Shown one piece after another: positions 50,765 through 60,781 of a DNA stretch of 64,000 nucleotides. The position numbers and the translations under genes are program-made. The notes below the pieces were generated by a model. That model had not been told where the DNA came from and searched no databases. It saw only the letters and a program-made list of their open reading frames with translations. Within the stretch, counting starts at the first letter, position 1. Each line of letters begins with the position of its first letter. The DNA comes from an uncultured delta proteobacterium (GTDB taxonomy: Bacteria; Myxococcota; Myxococcia; Myxococcales; Myxococcaceae), in NCBI GenBank assembly GCA_963776345.1, contig CAVZMH010000020.1:80004-144003 (forward strand), written 5' to 3'.

Positions 50765-51343
50765 ATGGCGAAGAAGATCCTGATGCTGGTCGGCGACTTC
50801 GGTGAGGACTACGAGGTGATGGTGCCCTTCCAGGCGCTCCAGGCGGTGGGGCACACGGTGCACGCAGCCTGTCCGGGGAAGAAGGCCGGGGACAAGGTCC
50901 GGACCGCGGTGCACGACTTCGAGGGCGACCAGACCTACTCCGAGAAGCGCGGGCACGACTTCGCGCTGAATGCCACCTACGCCGAGGTGAAGCCGCATGA
51001 GTACGACGCGCTGGTCCTCCCCGGTGGGCGGGCGCCGGAGTACCTGCGGCTGGACCGGACGGTGCTGGCGACGGTGCGGTACTTCTCCGAGGCGAAGAAG
51101 CCGATCGCCGCCATCTGCCACGCCGCGCAGCTGCTCGCGGCCGCGGAGGTCATCAGGGGCCGGAAGGTGTCGGGGTACCCGGCCTGCGCACCCGAGGTGC
51201 GGCTCGCAGGCGGCGAGTACATGGACGTGCCGATCGACCGGGCGGTGGTGGACGGCAACCTCGTGACCGCGCCGGCCTGGCCGGCCCATCCCGACTGGAT
51301 CGGCAAGTTCCTGGCCGTGCTGGGGACGAAGATCTCGCACTGA
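50765..51343 (+). CDS. DJ-1/PfpI family protein
   Basis: [34 protein letters not shown]. Confidence 0.92.
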   Translation: MAKKILMLVGDFGEDYEVMVPFQALQAVGHTVHAACPGKKAGDKVRTAVHDFEGDQTYSEKRGHDFALNATYAEVKPHEYDALVLPGGRAPEYLRLDRTVLATVRYFSEAKKPIAAICHAAQLLAAAEVIRGRKVSGYPACAPEVRLAGGEYMDVPIDRAVVDGNLVTAPAWPAHPDWIGKFLAVLGTKISH

Positions 51344-51422
51344 GCCGCGTGCGCGCGCTCGGGCCAGAACTTGCGAGGGAGCGCGGGGCCAGCGTAGGAC
51401 TCCGGAGCCTCACAGGCAGTCT

Positions 51423-51496
51423 GGCCCCGTAGCTCAACTGGATAGAGCGTCGGCCTTCTAAGCCGATGGTTGCGTGTTCGAGTCACGCCGGGGTCA
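51423..51496 (+). tRNA. tRNA-Arg(TCT)
   Basis: GGCCCCG/CGGGGTC acceptor, anticodon arm TCGGC-CTTCTAA-GCCGA, T-loop TTCGAGT. Confidence 0.95.
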
Positions 51497-51634
51497 CTGA
51501 AAGCTCGACGACTTGGCGTGCGGCTCCGGAACGTCTCAGGAGCGTCGCCTCGAGGGCTCCGGGACGACCACGGCCGCTATCGTCGTCGGCGCCGAGCAAC
51601 CGCGTGGGAGGCGGCGGCCATACGTCGCGGCGCT

Positions 51635-53095
51635 CTATCGGGACGGGCGCGCTCCTGGCCACGACGACACGTCATCGACGTCTCCCGTGGCATCGTGAAC
51701 GCCGTAGTGATCGGCGAGCTGGGCTCCACTGACGGATCCGGTGGCGCTCTCCTTCAGCTCTGGAAGCATCGTCGAATTCCAGGCATTCCACTCCTCCACC
51801 ATCCGCTCGAAAAGATCAGGTCGCCGCTCTCTCAAATTCACCCGCTCGAGCGGATCGTCGACCACATTAAAGAGAAAGGTGTTGTCCAGGATCTTCAGGA
51901 GCTTGAAATCTCCATCGCGAGCGGCGCGCTGGGCATTCGCTTTGTATCGCCAAAACAGCTTGCGAGGAGAGGGAGGTGCGTTCTGTATGAGCGCCGGAAG
52001 CAAGCTCATGCCGTCCGTGGGGTAGGCAGGATCCGGTGAACTCCCCGCGGCGGCGAGCAGTGTCGGAAGCCAATCCATGCTGATCGTGACCTGATCGTGC
52101 GTGCGACCCGCCGGGATGTGACCAGGCCAACGAATCATCACGGGAATTCGCAAGCCACCTTCCAGCAGCTCCCCCTTCTTGCCCGTGAACGGCCACGTAT
52201 TGGAGAAGCGCTCACCGCCATTGTCGCTGGTGAAGATGACGATCGTTTCGTCCTGCAGCCTGTTGGCCTCCAGAGCCTTGAGCACTCGGCCGACTTGAAA
52301 ATCCAGGCGCTCGACCATCCGTCGGTACGTCTGTTGTGAGCCGCCGTCAAAATCGAACAAGCTCTTTCCAGCGAGGCGGCGAGACTCTGCCTCGTCGCCC
52401 GGCGCCTCCCATGGCCAGTGGGGGGCGCTGAAGTGAAGGCTGAGAAAGAAGGGCGCGTCGGTCTTTGCGTGGTGGCCGATGACCTTGACGGCCCGGTCGC
52501 CGAGGAGATCGGTCAGATAGCCGTCGTCGTGTGTCGATGTGTCGTCGTCCCAGAAATCATCCGTATGACTGGGTCCGGTGTGGGCGAAGTAGTCGACCGC
52601 TCCACCGCGAAAACCGTAGAAGTGATCGTAGCCGCTCTTCATGGGACCGAAATCCGGCAGCAGCCCGAGATGCCATTTGCCGATCAGGGTGGTGCTGTAG
52701 CCGACCCGCCGGAGGAGCGAGGGGAGCGTCGGATGCTCGGGCGGCAACCCGATGCCATGTACCTCGCGCAGTGGCTCTTCGAGACCGATGCGCAACCGAT
52801 ATTGGTACCGTCCGGTGATCAGCGCCGCCCGGGTCGCAGAGCAGACGGCGGAATTCGCGTAACCCTGCAGGAAACGCACGCCCTCGGCGGCGATGCGGTC
52901 GATGTTCGGCGTGGAGAAATCCGGTCGTCCATAGCAGGACACGTCGGCATAGCCGAGATCGTCAGCCAGGATGAAGACGATGTTCGGCCTGCCCCGACCC
53001 CGATCACGCTTGGCCCGTGCAAACACGGAGAGTGGCATCGCTGCCCCCAGCAGCGCAGCCAGGGTGACGAAATCACGGCGGTCGATTCGCTTCAT
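51635..53095 (-). CDS. Tat-exported sulfatase
   Basis: RRDF Tat motif, PNIVFILADDLG, CSATRAALITG, GKWHLG, FTSDNG. Confidence 0.9.
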   Translation of the reverse strand: MKRIDRRDFVTLAALLGAAMPLSVFARAKRDRGRGRPNIVFILADDLGYADVSCYGRPDFSTPNIDRIAAEGVRFLQGYANSAVCSATRAALITGRYQYRLRIGLEEPLREVHGIGLPPEHPTLPSLLRRVGYSTTLIGKWHLGLLPDFGPMKSGYDHFYGFRGGAVDYFAHTGPSHTDDFWDDDTSTHDDGYLTDLLGDRAVKVIGHHAKTDAPFFLSLHFSAPHWPWEAPGDEAESRRLAGKSLFDFDGGSQQTYRRMVERLDFQVGRVLKALEANRLQDETIVIFTSDNGGERFSNTWPFTGKKGELLEGGLRIPVMIRWPGHIPAGRTHDQVTISMDWLPTLLAAAGSSPDPAYPTDGMSLLPALIQNAPPSPRKLFWRYKANAQRAARDGDFKLLKILDNTFLFNVVDDPLERVNLRERRPDLFERMVEEWNAWNSTMLPELKESATGSVSGAQLADHYGVHDATGDVDDVSSWPGARPSR

Positions 53096-53288
53096 CGGCA
53101 ACGCTCCAAGCGGGACTGCGCCGGCCACATCCGGCCACGAGAGCTTCGCACATGCTTTCGGTCGGGATGCGAGCGCTGGTTCCTCAGCGGTGTTCGAGAG
53201 TTCTTGTCGAGCATCGGCCCGGCGTCGCTGCTGGGCGCGCCCGGGAGCGCGCGGCCGGTTCACGTCGCGCCTCCTGCCGTGAGGGCCG

Positions 53289-53969
53289 TCACCAGACGCC
53301 CGGGAGCAGCCTCCACCGGACCTTGCGCGTGTACGCCTCGTAACCGGCGAGCCCGCTCCGCAGGAGACGATCCTCGAGCGCGGTCCGGAGCACGACCCAG
53401 GCGACCACGACCAGGGCGACCCCAAAGGCTGCCTCTGACCAGAGCAGGAACGGCGTCGCCAGCGCCCACAGGCACAGGCCCAGGTATCCGGGATGGCGAA
53501 CCCGGGCGTACGGGCCCGTCTCGACCACCGTCTGCGCTCGCTCGGTCTGAACACGGACGGTCCCCTCGAAGAACGGGTTCACCGCCATCGCCGCGGCCGA
53601 CAGGCCGAGCCCGACCGCGAGGAGGAACACGCCGAGGCCCCAGGTCCACAGCGGCAGCGGGGCTCCGCGCGCACGGTGCTCGGCCGCCGCGACCATCGGG
53701 ACCGCCGCCATGAGCCACCAGAACACCACGCTCCAGATCAGGTCCCAGCCGGGCGTGTTCGGGCCAATCTCGCTGCGCGCGGCGCGCAGCCCCGGGTTGT
53801 GCCGAGCCACGTACGCCCGATGCGCCAGGAGCCCACAGGCGAGGGCCGCGAAGTAGCACCAGCCTGCCGGCCATCCCAGCCGGCCGACGATCGCGAATGG
53901 AGCGGCGATCCACGCCACCATCGCCAGGACGATCGCGATGCGAACCAGGAGGATGCGCGCGGGCTTCAC
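53289..53969 (-). CDS. Isoprenylcysteine carboxyl methyltransferase family protein
   Basis: NPFF, VVETGPYARVRHPGY, RTALED, YEAYTRKVRWRLLPGVW. Confidence 0.85.
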   Translation of the reverse strand: MKPARILLVRIAIVLAMVAWIAAPFAIVGRLGWPAGWCYFAALACGLLAHRAYVARHNPGLRAARSEIGPNTPGWDLIWSVVFWWLMAAVPMVAAAEHRARGAPLPLWTWGLGVFLLAVGLGLSAAAMAVNPFFEGTVRVQTERAQTVVETGPYARVRHPGYLGLCLWALATPFLLWSEAAFGVALVVVAWVVLRTALEDRLLRSGLAGYEAYTRKVRWRLLPGVW

Positions 53970-54012
53970 CGGCTGGAGTCTACGGCCCGGCGCGCGCGCA
54001 GCGGGCGGCGCA

Positions 54013-54495
54013 TCACTGGAGGTCGACCTCGAATCCGAGAAGCAGCATCTCGATTCCCGGGTTCGGCGTCGCCAGCTTTCCGTTCGACACGTGCGCGAAG
54101 CTCATCAGCACGCGCAGGCCGGACGTCAGCGGCGCGGCGAGCTCCACCGAGGACTTGAACAGGAGAGCCGACCCGAGGTTCCGCTGTCCGTTGAGCGTCC
54201 GGATCCCGGGGGCGAACCCGGGAGACAGAGTCACTCCCCAGGCGATGGGAATCTCCAGGAGGAAGCCGGCGAACCAGATCTGGGTCCCCTCGGTGGACTG
54301 CAACAGTCCGGCCGTCGGCCGGATCCACCACCAGCGAACGCCCGGACGGATCTCCAGCTGGAGCCCGAGCTCGTGTGGCTCCTGCGAGTGGAGCCCCCAG
54401 CCTCCCGCCGCGAGTGCCGCCCGGACAGGCTCGGCGTCCGCGGCTGCCGAGGACAGGAGCAGCCCGCTCACCAGGACTCCGAACCTCCAGCTCAC
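54013..54495 (-). CDS. PagL-like lipid A deacylase / small beta-barrel
   Basis: Signal peptide, LGSALLFKS, HVSNGKL, NPGIE. Confidence 0.7.
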   Translation of the reverse strand: MSWRFGVLVSGLLLSSAAADAEPVRAALAAGGWGLHSQEPHELGLQLEIRPGVRWWWIRPTAGLLQSTEGTQIWFAGFLLEIPIAWGVTLSPGFAPGIRTLNGQRNLGSALLFKSSVELAAPLTSGLRVLMSFAHVSNGKLATPNPGIEMLLLGFEVDLQ

Positions 54496-54605
54496 GCCCG
54501 CGGAAGCCCTCCCTCTCCGACCTTGCCGGACGCACCGACCCTAGCGTGCGGCGGCGATGGACTCTGCGTGAAATCAGACATCGCCTCGCGCGAGCGGCGA
54601 CGTCG

Positions 54606-55272
54606 TCAGCCCGCCCCGGCCGCGACGGATGTGAGCCGTCCCTCGCCCAGGCGGTAGCGCTCGGCCTCGAGGGCGCTCGACAGCTCATTGTCGTGCGTCA
54701 CCACCACCTGCGGAATCCCCCATGCCCGGACCGTCGCCACGTGCGCGGCCACCTCGCGCTTGCGCTCGGGGTCCAGCGCGCTGGTCGGCTCGTCCCAGAG
54801 CAGCGCCGCCGGGCGGCACGACAGGGCACGGGCGATCGCCACCCGCTGGCGCTCCCCGCCGGACAGCGACTGGGGCCAGGCGTCCGCCCGGTCCAGGAGG
54901 CCGAGGCGCTCGAGCCACGTCCGCGCCTCGCGCTCCGGCTCGGCCTCGCCGCGGAGCCGCGGGGCCAGGGTGCAGTTCTCCAGGACGCGGAGGTGCGGGA
55001 AGAGCTCCATCGACTGGAAGACCAGGCCCACCCGGCCGAGCAGCGCCGCATGCCCGGCCGGCTCGACGCGCAGCGCCCCGAGCGCCACCTGGCCGGCGTC
55101 GAAGGTCTCGAGCCCTGCGAGGCAGCGGAGCAGGGTGGACTTCCCCGAGCCGCTGGGCCCGAGCACCACCGCCACGCTCCCGGCCGCGACCCGCAGGCTC
55201 ACCCCATCCAGCACCGGCCGCCGCTCCGGGCCGACGCGGCGGACCAGCCCCTCCACGCAGGAGCTCGCTCAC
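54606..55272 (-). CDS. Polar amino acid ABC transporter ATPase (probable frameshift near 55256)
   Basis: GPSGSGKS, LSGGERQRVAIARAL, DEPTSALD. The N-terminus MSELLR|VEGL is split between frames. Confidence 0.85.
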
Positions 55273-56732
55273 CGCGCCACCTCGAGGTGCGCCGCCAGCC
55301 GCCGCTCCACCCAGCGCGACAGCCTGGCGAAGGGCAGCCCGAGCAGGAGGTACACCGCCCCCACCAGCAGCCCGAGCCCGAGGTGGTCGCGGGTGGCCGC
55401 GGCCAGCGTCCCGTAGGTCTTGGTCAGCTCGGTCAGCGTCACCACCGAGACCAGCGAGCTGTCCTTGAGGAGGGCGATGAAGTCGTTGGTGACCGGCGGC
55501 AGCGCCACCCGCAGCGCCTGCGGGGCGATGACGTGGCGCACCGCCTGCCAGCGGCCGAGCCCCAGCACCCGGGCCGCGTCCATCTGCGTGCGCGGGACGG
55601 CGAGCAGCCCCGCGCGGTCGTTCTCCGCCTCGGCCGCCGCGTAGTTCAGGCCCAGCGCGAGCCAGCCGGCGACGAAGGGGCTCAGCCGGACCCCGAGCTC
55701 CGGGAGCCCGTAGTACACGACGATGAGCTGGAGCAGGAGCGGGGTCCCACGGAAGAGCTCCACGTAGCCCAGCGCCAGCGCGGCGAGCGGCGGCGGGCCG
55801 TAGACCCGGGCCAGCGCCAGCGCCGCCCCGAGCGCCACCGCCAGACCCATCGCCGCCACGGAGAGGAGCAGGGTCACCGCGGCGCCGCGCCCCAGCGCCC
55901 GCAGCACCGGCGCCCAGCCCACGCCCCACACGCCCTCGCCGCGGCGCGCGCGCCAGGCCTCGAGCTCCGTCGACGGCCCGGACGGCGCCGCGGCCACGCC
56001 CAGCACCTGGCCGGCCTCCTCCGTCCACAGCCCCCAGCGCTGCAGGAGGGCGGGGAGCGTGCCGTCCCGGACCAGCGAGGCGAGCGCCGCGTCGAGCGCG
56101 TCGCGCAGCCGCACGTCCGTGGCCCGCGCCACCACCACGTAGCGGAGCTCGCCGAACCCCGCGGCGAGCGTCGTCAGCTCCGGCCGCTCTCCGTAGTAGA
56201 GGGCCACCGGCGCGTCGAGCAGCACCGCGTCGGTGCGCCCGAGCGCGAGGTCGCGGTAGGGGTCCTCCTGCCCGCCGTCGTAGGTGCGCACCTCGGCGCC
56301 GGCGGCGCGGAGCATGCGCTCGGCGAGCGTGCCAGGCAGCGTCCCCACCCGGCGCCCGCGCAGGTCGGCCAGCGTCGCCGGGGCCCCCGGGTCGTCCCGG
56401 CGGACGGTCAGCCGCTCCGGGCCCGCCCAGTAGGCCCGCGTCAGCGCGTAGGCCCGCGCCCGGTCCTCGGTCGCCTCGATGCCGTTGAGGACCACGTCCA
56501 CGTCCCCGCGCTCGAGCAGCGGGAGCAGCTCGGCGAAGGGGCCCTGGACGTGGCGCGCGGTGCGTCCGAGCCGCGCGGCGAGCAGCCCTGCCAGCTCGGC
56601 CTCGAAGCCGCGGAGGCGCCCGGGCGGCTGCTCGAAGACGTAGGGCGCGCCTCCCTCGGCGTCCGCGCCCCAGCGGAGCTCGGACGGAGCCGCGGCGAGG
56701 GCGACCGAGACGAGCAGTGCGGAGACGCTCAC
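55269..56732 (-). CDS. Fused amino acid ABC substrate-binding protein/permease
   Basis: WGADAEGGAPY SBP_bac_3 domain, then YVELFRGTPLLLQL, LNYAA, NDFIALLKDSSL. Confidence 0.88.
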   Translation of the reverse strand: MSVSALLVSVALAAAPSELRWGADAEGGAPYVFEQPPGRLRGFEAELAGLLAARLGRTARHVQGPFAELLPLLERGDVDVVLNGIEATEDRARAYALTRAYWAGPERLTVRRDDPGAPATLADLRGRRVGTLPGTLAERMLRAAGAEVRTYDGGQEDPYRDLALGRTDAVLLDAPVALYYGERPELTTLAAGFGELRYVVVARATDVRLRDALDAALASLVRDGTLPALLQRWGLWTEEAGQVLGVAAAPSGPSTELEAWRARRGEGVWGVGWAPVLRALGRGAAVTLLLSVAAMGLAVALGAALALARVYGPPPLAALALGYVELFRGTPLLLQLIVVYYGLPELGVRLSPFVAGWLALGLNYAAAEAENDRAGLLAVPRTQMDAARVLGLGRWQAVRHVIAPQALRVALPPVTNDFIALLKDSSLVSVVTLTELTKTYGTLAAATRDHLGLGLLVGAVYLLLGLPFARLSRWVERRLAAHLEVAR

Positions 56733-56766
56733 TGTGCCGGCCAGTCTATGGCATGCAGAGCGCTCC

Positions 56767-58135
56767 ATGCTCGCTCCGCTCGTGCTCGTCCTCCTCGCCG
56801 CCCCTCCGCCGCCCGCGTCGTCCCCGGTCGAGAACATCCTCGGCCGTGCGCTGACCGACGGCGCCACGCTCGCCACCGTGACCGACCTCGCCGACCGGAT
56901 CGGCCCGCGGCTCAGCGGCTCGCCGGGCGCCGCCGAGGCGGTGCGCTGGGGCGTCGAGCAGTTCCGGGCCGCGGGCGTCTCGGTGCGCACCGAGGCGGTG
57001 AGCCGTCACCCCGTGGACCCGGGGCGAGGAGCGCGGCGAGGTGCTCGCCGGACCTGGCCGCCGCGCCTGGCCGCTGGCGCTCACCGCGCTCGGTGGGAGC
57101 CCGCCCACGCCGGCCGGCGGCGTCGAGGCAGAGGTCGTGGAGGTGACGAGCCTCGAGGCGCTGGCCACTGCGCCCGTCCAGGGCCGCATCGTCTACTTCC
57201 ATCACCAGATGTCGACGCACGAGGGCTACGGCGAGGCCTCGGAGCTGCGGACGTTGGGGCCGGCGAAGGCGGCCGAGAGGGGCGCGGTGGCGACGATGGT
57301 CCGCTCCGCGGCGAGCGCCTCGCTGCGTTCGCCCCACACCGGGGTGGTGCTGTTCGGTCCGGGGAAGCGCGCCGTCCCGGCCGTGGCCATCGCCACCGAG
57401 GACGCCGAGGTGCTCCACCGCTGGCTCGCCGCCGGCCCGGTGCGGGTGCGGCTCACGCTCGGCTGCCGGACCGGCGCGGACGTGCCGTCGGCCAACGTGG
57501 TCGGGGAGATCCGGGGGCGAGAGCGCCCGGCGGAGGTCGTCCTGCTCGGAGCCCACCTCGACTCCTGGGATCTCGCGGTGGGCGCGCAGGACGACGGGAC
57601 GGGGGTGGCGATGGTGCTGGAGGCCGCGCGGCTCATCGCCCGCGTCCGCCCCGCGCCCCGGCGGACGGTCCGCTTCGTCCTCTTCATGAACGAGGAGAAC
57701 GGCGGCGCCGGGGCGAACGGCTACGCCGAGGCGCACGCCAGCGAGACGCACGTGGCGGCCCTGGAGACCGACGCCGGGGCCGGACGCCCGCTGTGGGTGG
57801 GGTTCCGCGGCGGGGAGGGAGCCGAGTCCTTCCTCGCGCCGCTGCTCCGACCGCTCGCCTCCCTCGGCGTCGACCCGGGCCCGCGGCGGACGAAGCACTT
57901 CGGGGCGGACCTCGCCCCGCTGGCGCGAAAGCGTGGGCTCCCGACCGTTCACCTCTGGCAGGATCCGACGCACTACTTCGACGTCCACCACTCGGCCGCC
58001 GACACGCTGGACAAGATCGACCCCGCGGCGCTCGCCCAGTCCTCGGCGGCGATGGCCTGGCTGACCTGGGCCCTGGCCGACGCGTCCGGCGCCCTCGCTC
58101 CGCCTCCCGTGGAGCCTCCCGCGCACGAGCCCTGA
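56767..58135 (+). CDS. M28 (carboxypeptidase Q-like) peptidase (frameshift near 57003)
   Basis: IGPRLSGS, then WTRGEE, GAHLDSWD, GAQDDG, NEENG, HHSAADT. Confidence 0.85.
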
Positions 58136-58213
58136 GGGAGGGCCACCTCTGCGCCGCGGGTAGGCGCCCCGAGCACATTGTCCCTCCGCGTGACCGTCGT
58201 TTACCGTGCGAAC

Positions 58214-58645
58214 GTGCCCGATCGTCGCGTTGTGCTGGCCGCCTGGCTGTCGGTCCTGGCGGGGTGTGCGGGCTCCCTCGACAACCCCGATCGCTTCGGA
58301 GACGGCGGGAGCTCCGGCTTCGTCTGTCCCAGCCTGGGCAAGCCCGCCAAGGCGGAGGTCATCCTCAAGAAGTGCGTGTCCGGCTGCCACTCGGCCACGG
58401 TGCAGGCGAGCGGGCTCGACCTCGAGTCGCCGGACGCCGGCGGGCGGCTGGTGGACGTGAGCACCGTCGCCTGTCCTCCCCGGCGCCGGGTGGACCGCAT
58501 CGACGGCGGCACCCTCGAGGAGCTCGTCACCGAGGCCAACCCCAGCTGCACCTCGTCGATGCCGCCCGGCGGCGGGCTCACCAACGGGGAGATCTCCTGC
58601 ATCGTGGAGTGGACCCGCAACCTCGCCGCCGGAGGCGAGGAGTGA
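58214..58645 (+). CDS. Lipoprotein with atypical c-type heme motif
   Basis: Lipobox LAGC, CVSGCH, GLDL, SMPP, IVEW. Confidence 0.6.
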   Translation: MPDRRVVLAAWLSVLAGCAGSLDNPDRFGDGGSSGFVCPSLGKPAKAEVILKKCVSGCHSATVQASGLDLESPDAGGRLVDVSTVACPPRRRVDRIDGGTLEELVTEANPSCTSSMPPGGGLTNGEISCIVEWTRNLAAGGEE

Positions 58646-60057
58646 GGACCGGGACGCTGGTCCTGCTCGTCGCCGCCCTGGTCGCGCACCCGGCCTGGGC
58701 GGCGAAGAAGGCGAAGCCCCCGGCGTCGAAGGGCGCGCGGCGCTACGGCGTCCTGGCGACCGGCCCGAGCGCGGCGGTGGCGGGGAAGGCCGTCGTCTCG
58801 GCGCTGAAGGGGGTGAGCGTCCCCGACAACCGGCTGCAGGAGGAGGCGCAGCGCTACGGTGTGGCCCTCGGCACCGACCCGGCGTATCAGGCGCTGGCCC
58901 TGGGGATGAAGCTCGACGCGGTGGTGCGGGTGACCACGCTCGACAAGGGCACGAGTCAGCTCGCCGTGGTGCAGGTGCGCGACGGATCCACCGGCGCCAT
59001 CGTCGACGATGCCACCTGGAAGGCGCCGAGCAGCAAGGCCCTGGGGCAGGTGCTGGCCAAGCAGCTGAAGCCGCGCTTCCAGCGCTCGCTGGCCGGCACC
59101 AAGGCGCCGCGCCCCGGCTCGCTGCAGCCCGTCGCCGTGGGAGGGGTGGCCGCGGTGGCCGCCGCGCCATCCGCGGCAGCCGCCCCGGCGGCACGGGGCG
59201 CTCCGCTCGCCGCCGCCCCCGGCGCCCAGGCCGCGCCTCCCTCGGACGAGCCGCCCCTGCCCACCGGGGCGGCGCCGCCGCTGCCGACCGCCGCCGCCGC
59301 GCCCGACCCGGGCGTGGTGGGCAGCCGCTCCAGCGAGGTCAGCGCGCCGCGCGAGTCCGGGCGCCCGGCGCTGGACATTGCCCTCGGCGCGGCGCTGTTC
59401 ACCCGCGACTTCACCTACAAGGACGACCTCTACCAGGAGCTCCAGGGCTACTCGCTCGGAGGCGCCGTGGCCCCGGCGCTGGAGATCACCTGGGCGCCGC
59501 TCTTCGGCGGCCGCGGGTACCTCACCGGCCACCTGGCCGCGTCGATCGGCCTGCAGTCGAAGGCGCAGGACGGAACGAGCTACCCCACGCAGGCGCTCTC
59601 CTGGGGCGCGGGGCTCGGCTACCGCTTCCTCATCGGCGAGAAGTCCCACTTCGGGATCGAGGCCCGCTTCGAGCGGCAGACCTTCGTCATCTCCGGGACC
59701 GCCTCGAGCCCGAAGCCGGCCATCCCCGACGTGGGTTACTCGGCCCTCGCCGCGGGGGTGGATTTCCGCTTCTCGCTCTTCGGGCCGGTGTCGCTGCTGG
59801 GCGGGGCCGCCTACCGGCACCTCTTCGCGGTCGGGGAGATCGGCGCCGCGGCCTGGTTCCCTCGCCAGTCGTCGATGGGCGTCGACGCGAACCTGGGCAT
59901 CGGCGTCGAGCTGGGGCGCTCGTTCGAGATCCGCATCCTCGGCGCGCTCCAGCGGTACGGCTTCACCTTCAACCCCGAGCCGGGCGATCCCCACATCGCG
60001 GGCGGCGCGACCGACACCTACCTGAGCGGCGGCCTCTGGCTGGCCTGGAGGCTCTAG
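58642..60057 (+). CDS. Exported protein: alpha/beta domain, Pro/Ala linker, outer-membrane beta-barrel
   Basis: Signal peptide and amphipathic strands ending GLWLAWRL. Confidence 0.65.
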   Translation: MRTGTLVLLVAALVAHPAWAAKKAKPPASKGARRYGVLATGPSAAVAGKAVVSALKGVSVPDNRLQEEAQRYGVALGTDPAYQALALGMKLDAVVRVTTLDKGTSQLAVVQVRDGSTGAIVDDATWKAPSSKALGQVLAKQLKPRFQRSLAGTKAPRPGSLQPVAVGGVAAVAAAPSAAAAPAARGAPLAAAPGAQAAPPSDEPPLPTGAAPPLPTAAAAPDPGVVGSRSSEVSAPRESGRPALDIALGAALFTRDFTYKDDLYQELQGYSLGGAVAPALEITWAPLFGGRGYLTGHLAASIGLQSKAQDGTSYPTQALSWGAGLGYRFLIGEKSHFGIEARFERQTFVISGTASSPKPAIPDVGYSALAAGVDFRFSLFGPVSLLGGAAYRHLFAVGEIGAAAWFPRQSSMGVDANLGIGVELGRSFEIRILGALQRYGFTFNPEPGDPHIAGGATDTYLSGGLWLAWRL

Positions 60058-60061
60058 GCAG

Positions 60062-60691
60062 CTAGGGCGCAGCCGCCTCGGCAAGCGACGCCGAGCTCGG
60101 GGCGAGCGAGTTCCCGGCGGGCCCGATCGGCAGGAAGAAGCGCAGCCGCATCCCGGGCTTCGCCCCCGGCGCGGCGAGGCTCTTCCCCTGGAGCACCGAG
60201 CGGGCGCAGGAGACGAAGCGGTCGTTGACCGGCACCTCGGCCTCGAGGGCGGTGCTCACCACCCGCGCCGAGTCGTTCTCGCCCACCAGCTCGAGCACCA
60301 CCGCGGCACGCGTTCCAAAGTTCCGCTGAACCGGATCGGCCGGACACCGCGCGAGCTCGTCCTTGAAGGCGCCCAAGCTGCGGATCATCTCCTGCCGGAT
60401 CTGCAGGCGCGTAGGCAGGGGCAGCGCGGCGGGGAGCAGCGGCCGCTGGGCCGGCGCGGGGGCTGCCGCCGCGGGCGCCGGGGGTGGGCGGGGCGGCTCG
60501 ACCGCGGCCTCGGGCGGTGGAGCAGGAACGGGCGGTGGCGGGGGCGCGGCGGGGCGGACCGGCTCGGGCTCGGGCCTGGCCGGCTCGGCCGGCGAGAGCA
60601 GGGCGGCGAGGCCCAGACCCAGCATCGCGAGGAGCAGGAACGCGCCGGCGGTGAGGCCCACCGACAGCATGCGCCGGACGAGCGGCCTCAC
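60062..60691 (-). CDS. Membrane-anchored Pro-rich protein with TonB-C-like domain
   Basis: TM helix, Pro linker, LARC...FVSCARSVL. Confidence 0.55.
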   Translation of the reverse strand: MRPLVRRMLSVGLTAGAFLLLAMLGLGLAALLSPAEPARPEPEPVRPAAPPPPPVPAPPPEAAVEPPRPPPAPAAAAPAPAQRPLLPAALPLPTRLQIRQEMIRSLGAFKDELARCPADPVQRNFGTRAAVVLELVGENDSARVVSTALEAEVPVNDRFVSCARSVLQGKSLAAPGAKPGMRLRFFLPIGPAGNSLAPSSASLAEAAAP

Positions 60692-60781
60692 CGGACGCCC
60701 ACGCCGGGGCGTGCCTCCGCGCGGCAGTCGGGCTGGAGCGGGCTCGGCTGGACCGGGGCTCTCATCTCCCGGCGAGGCATC

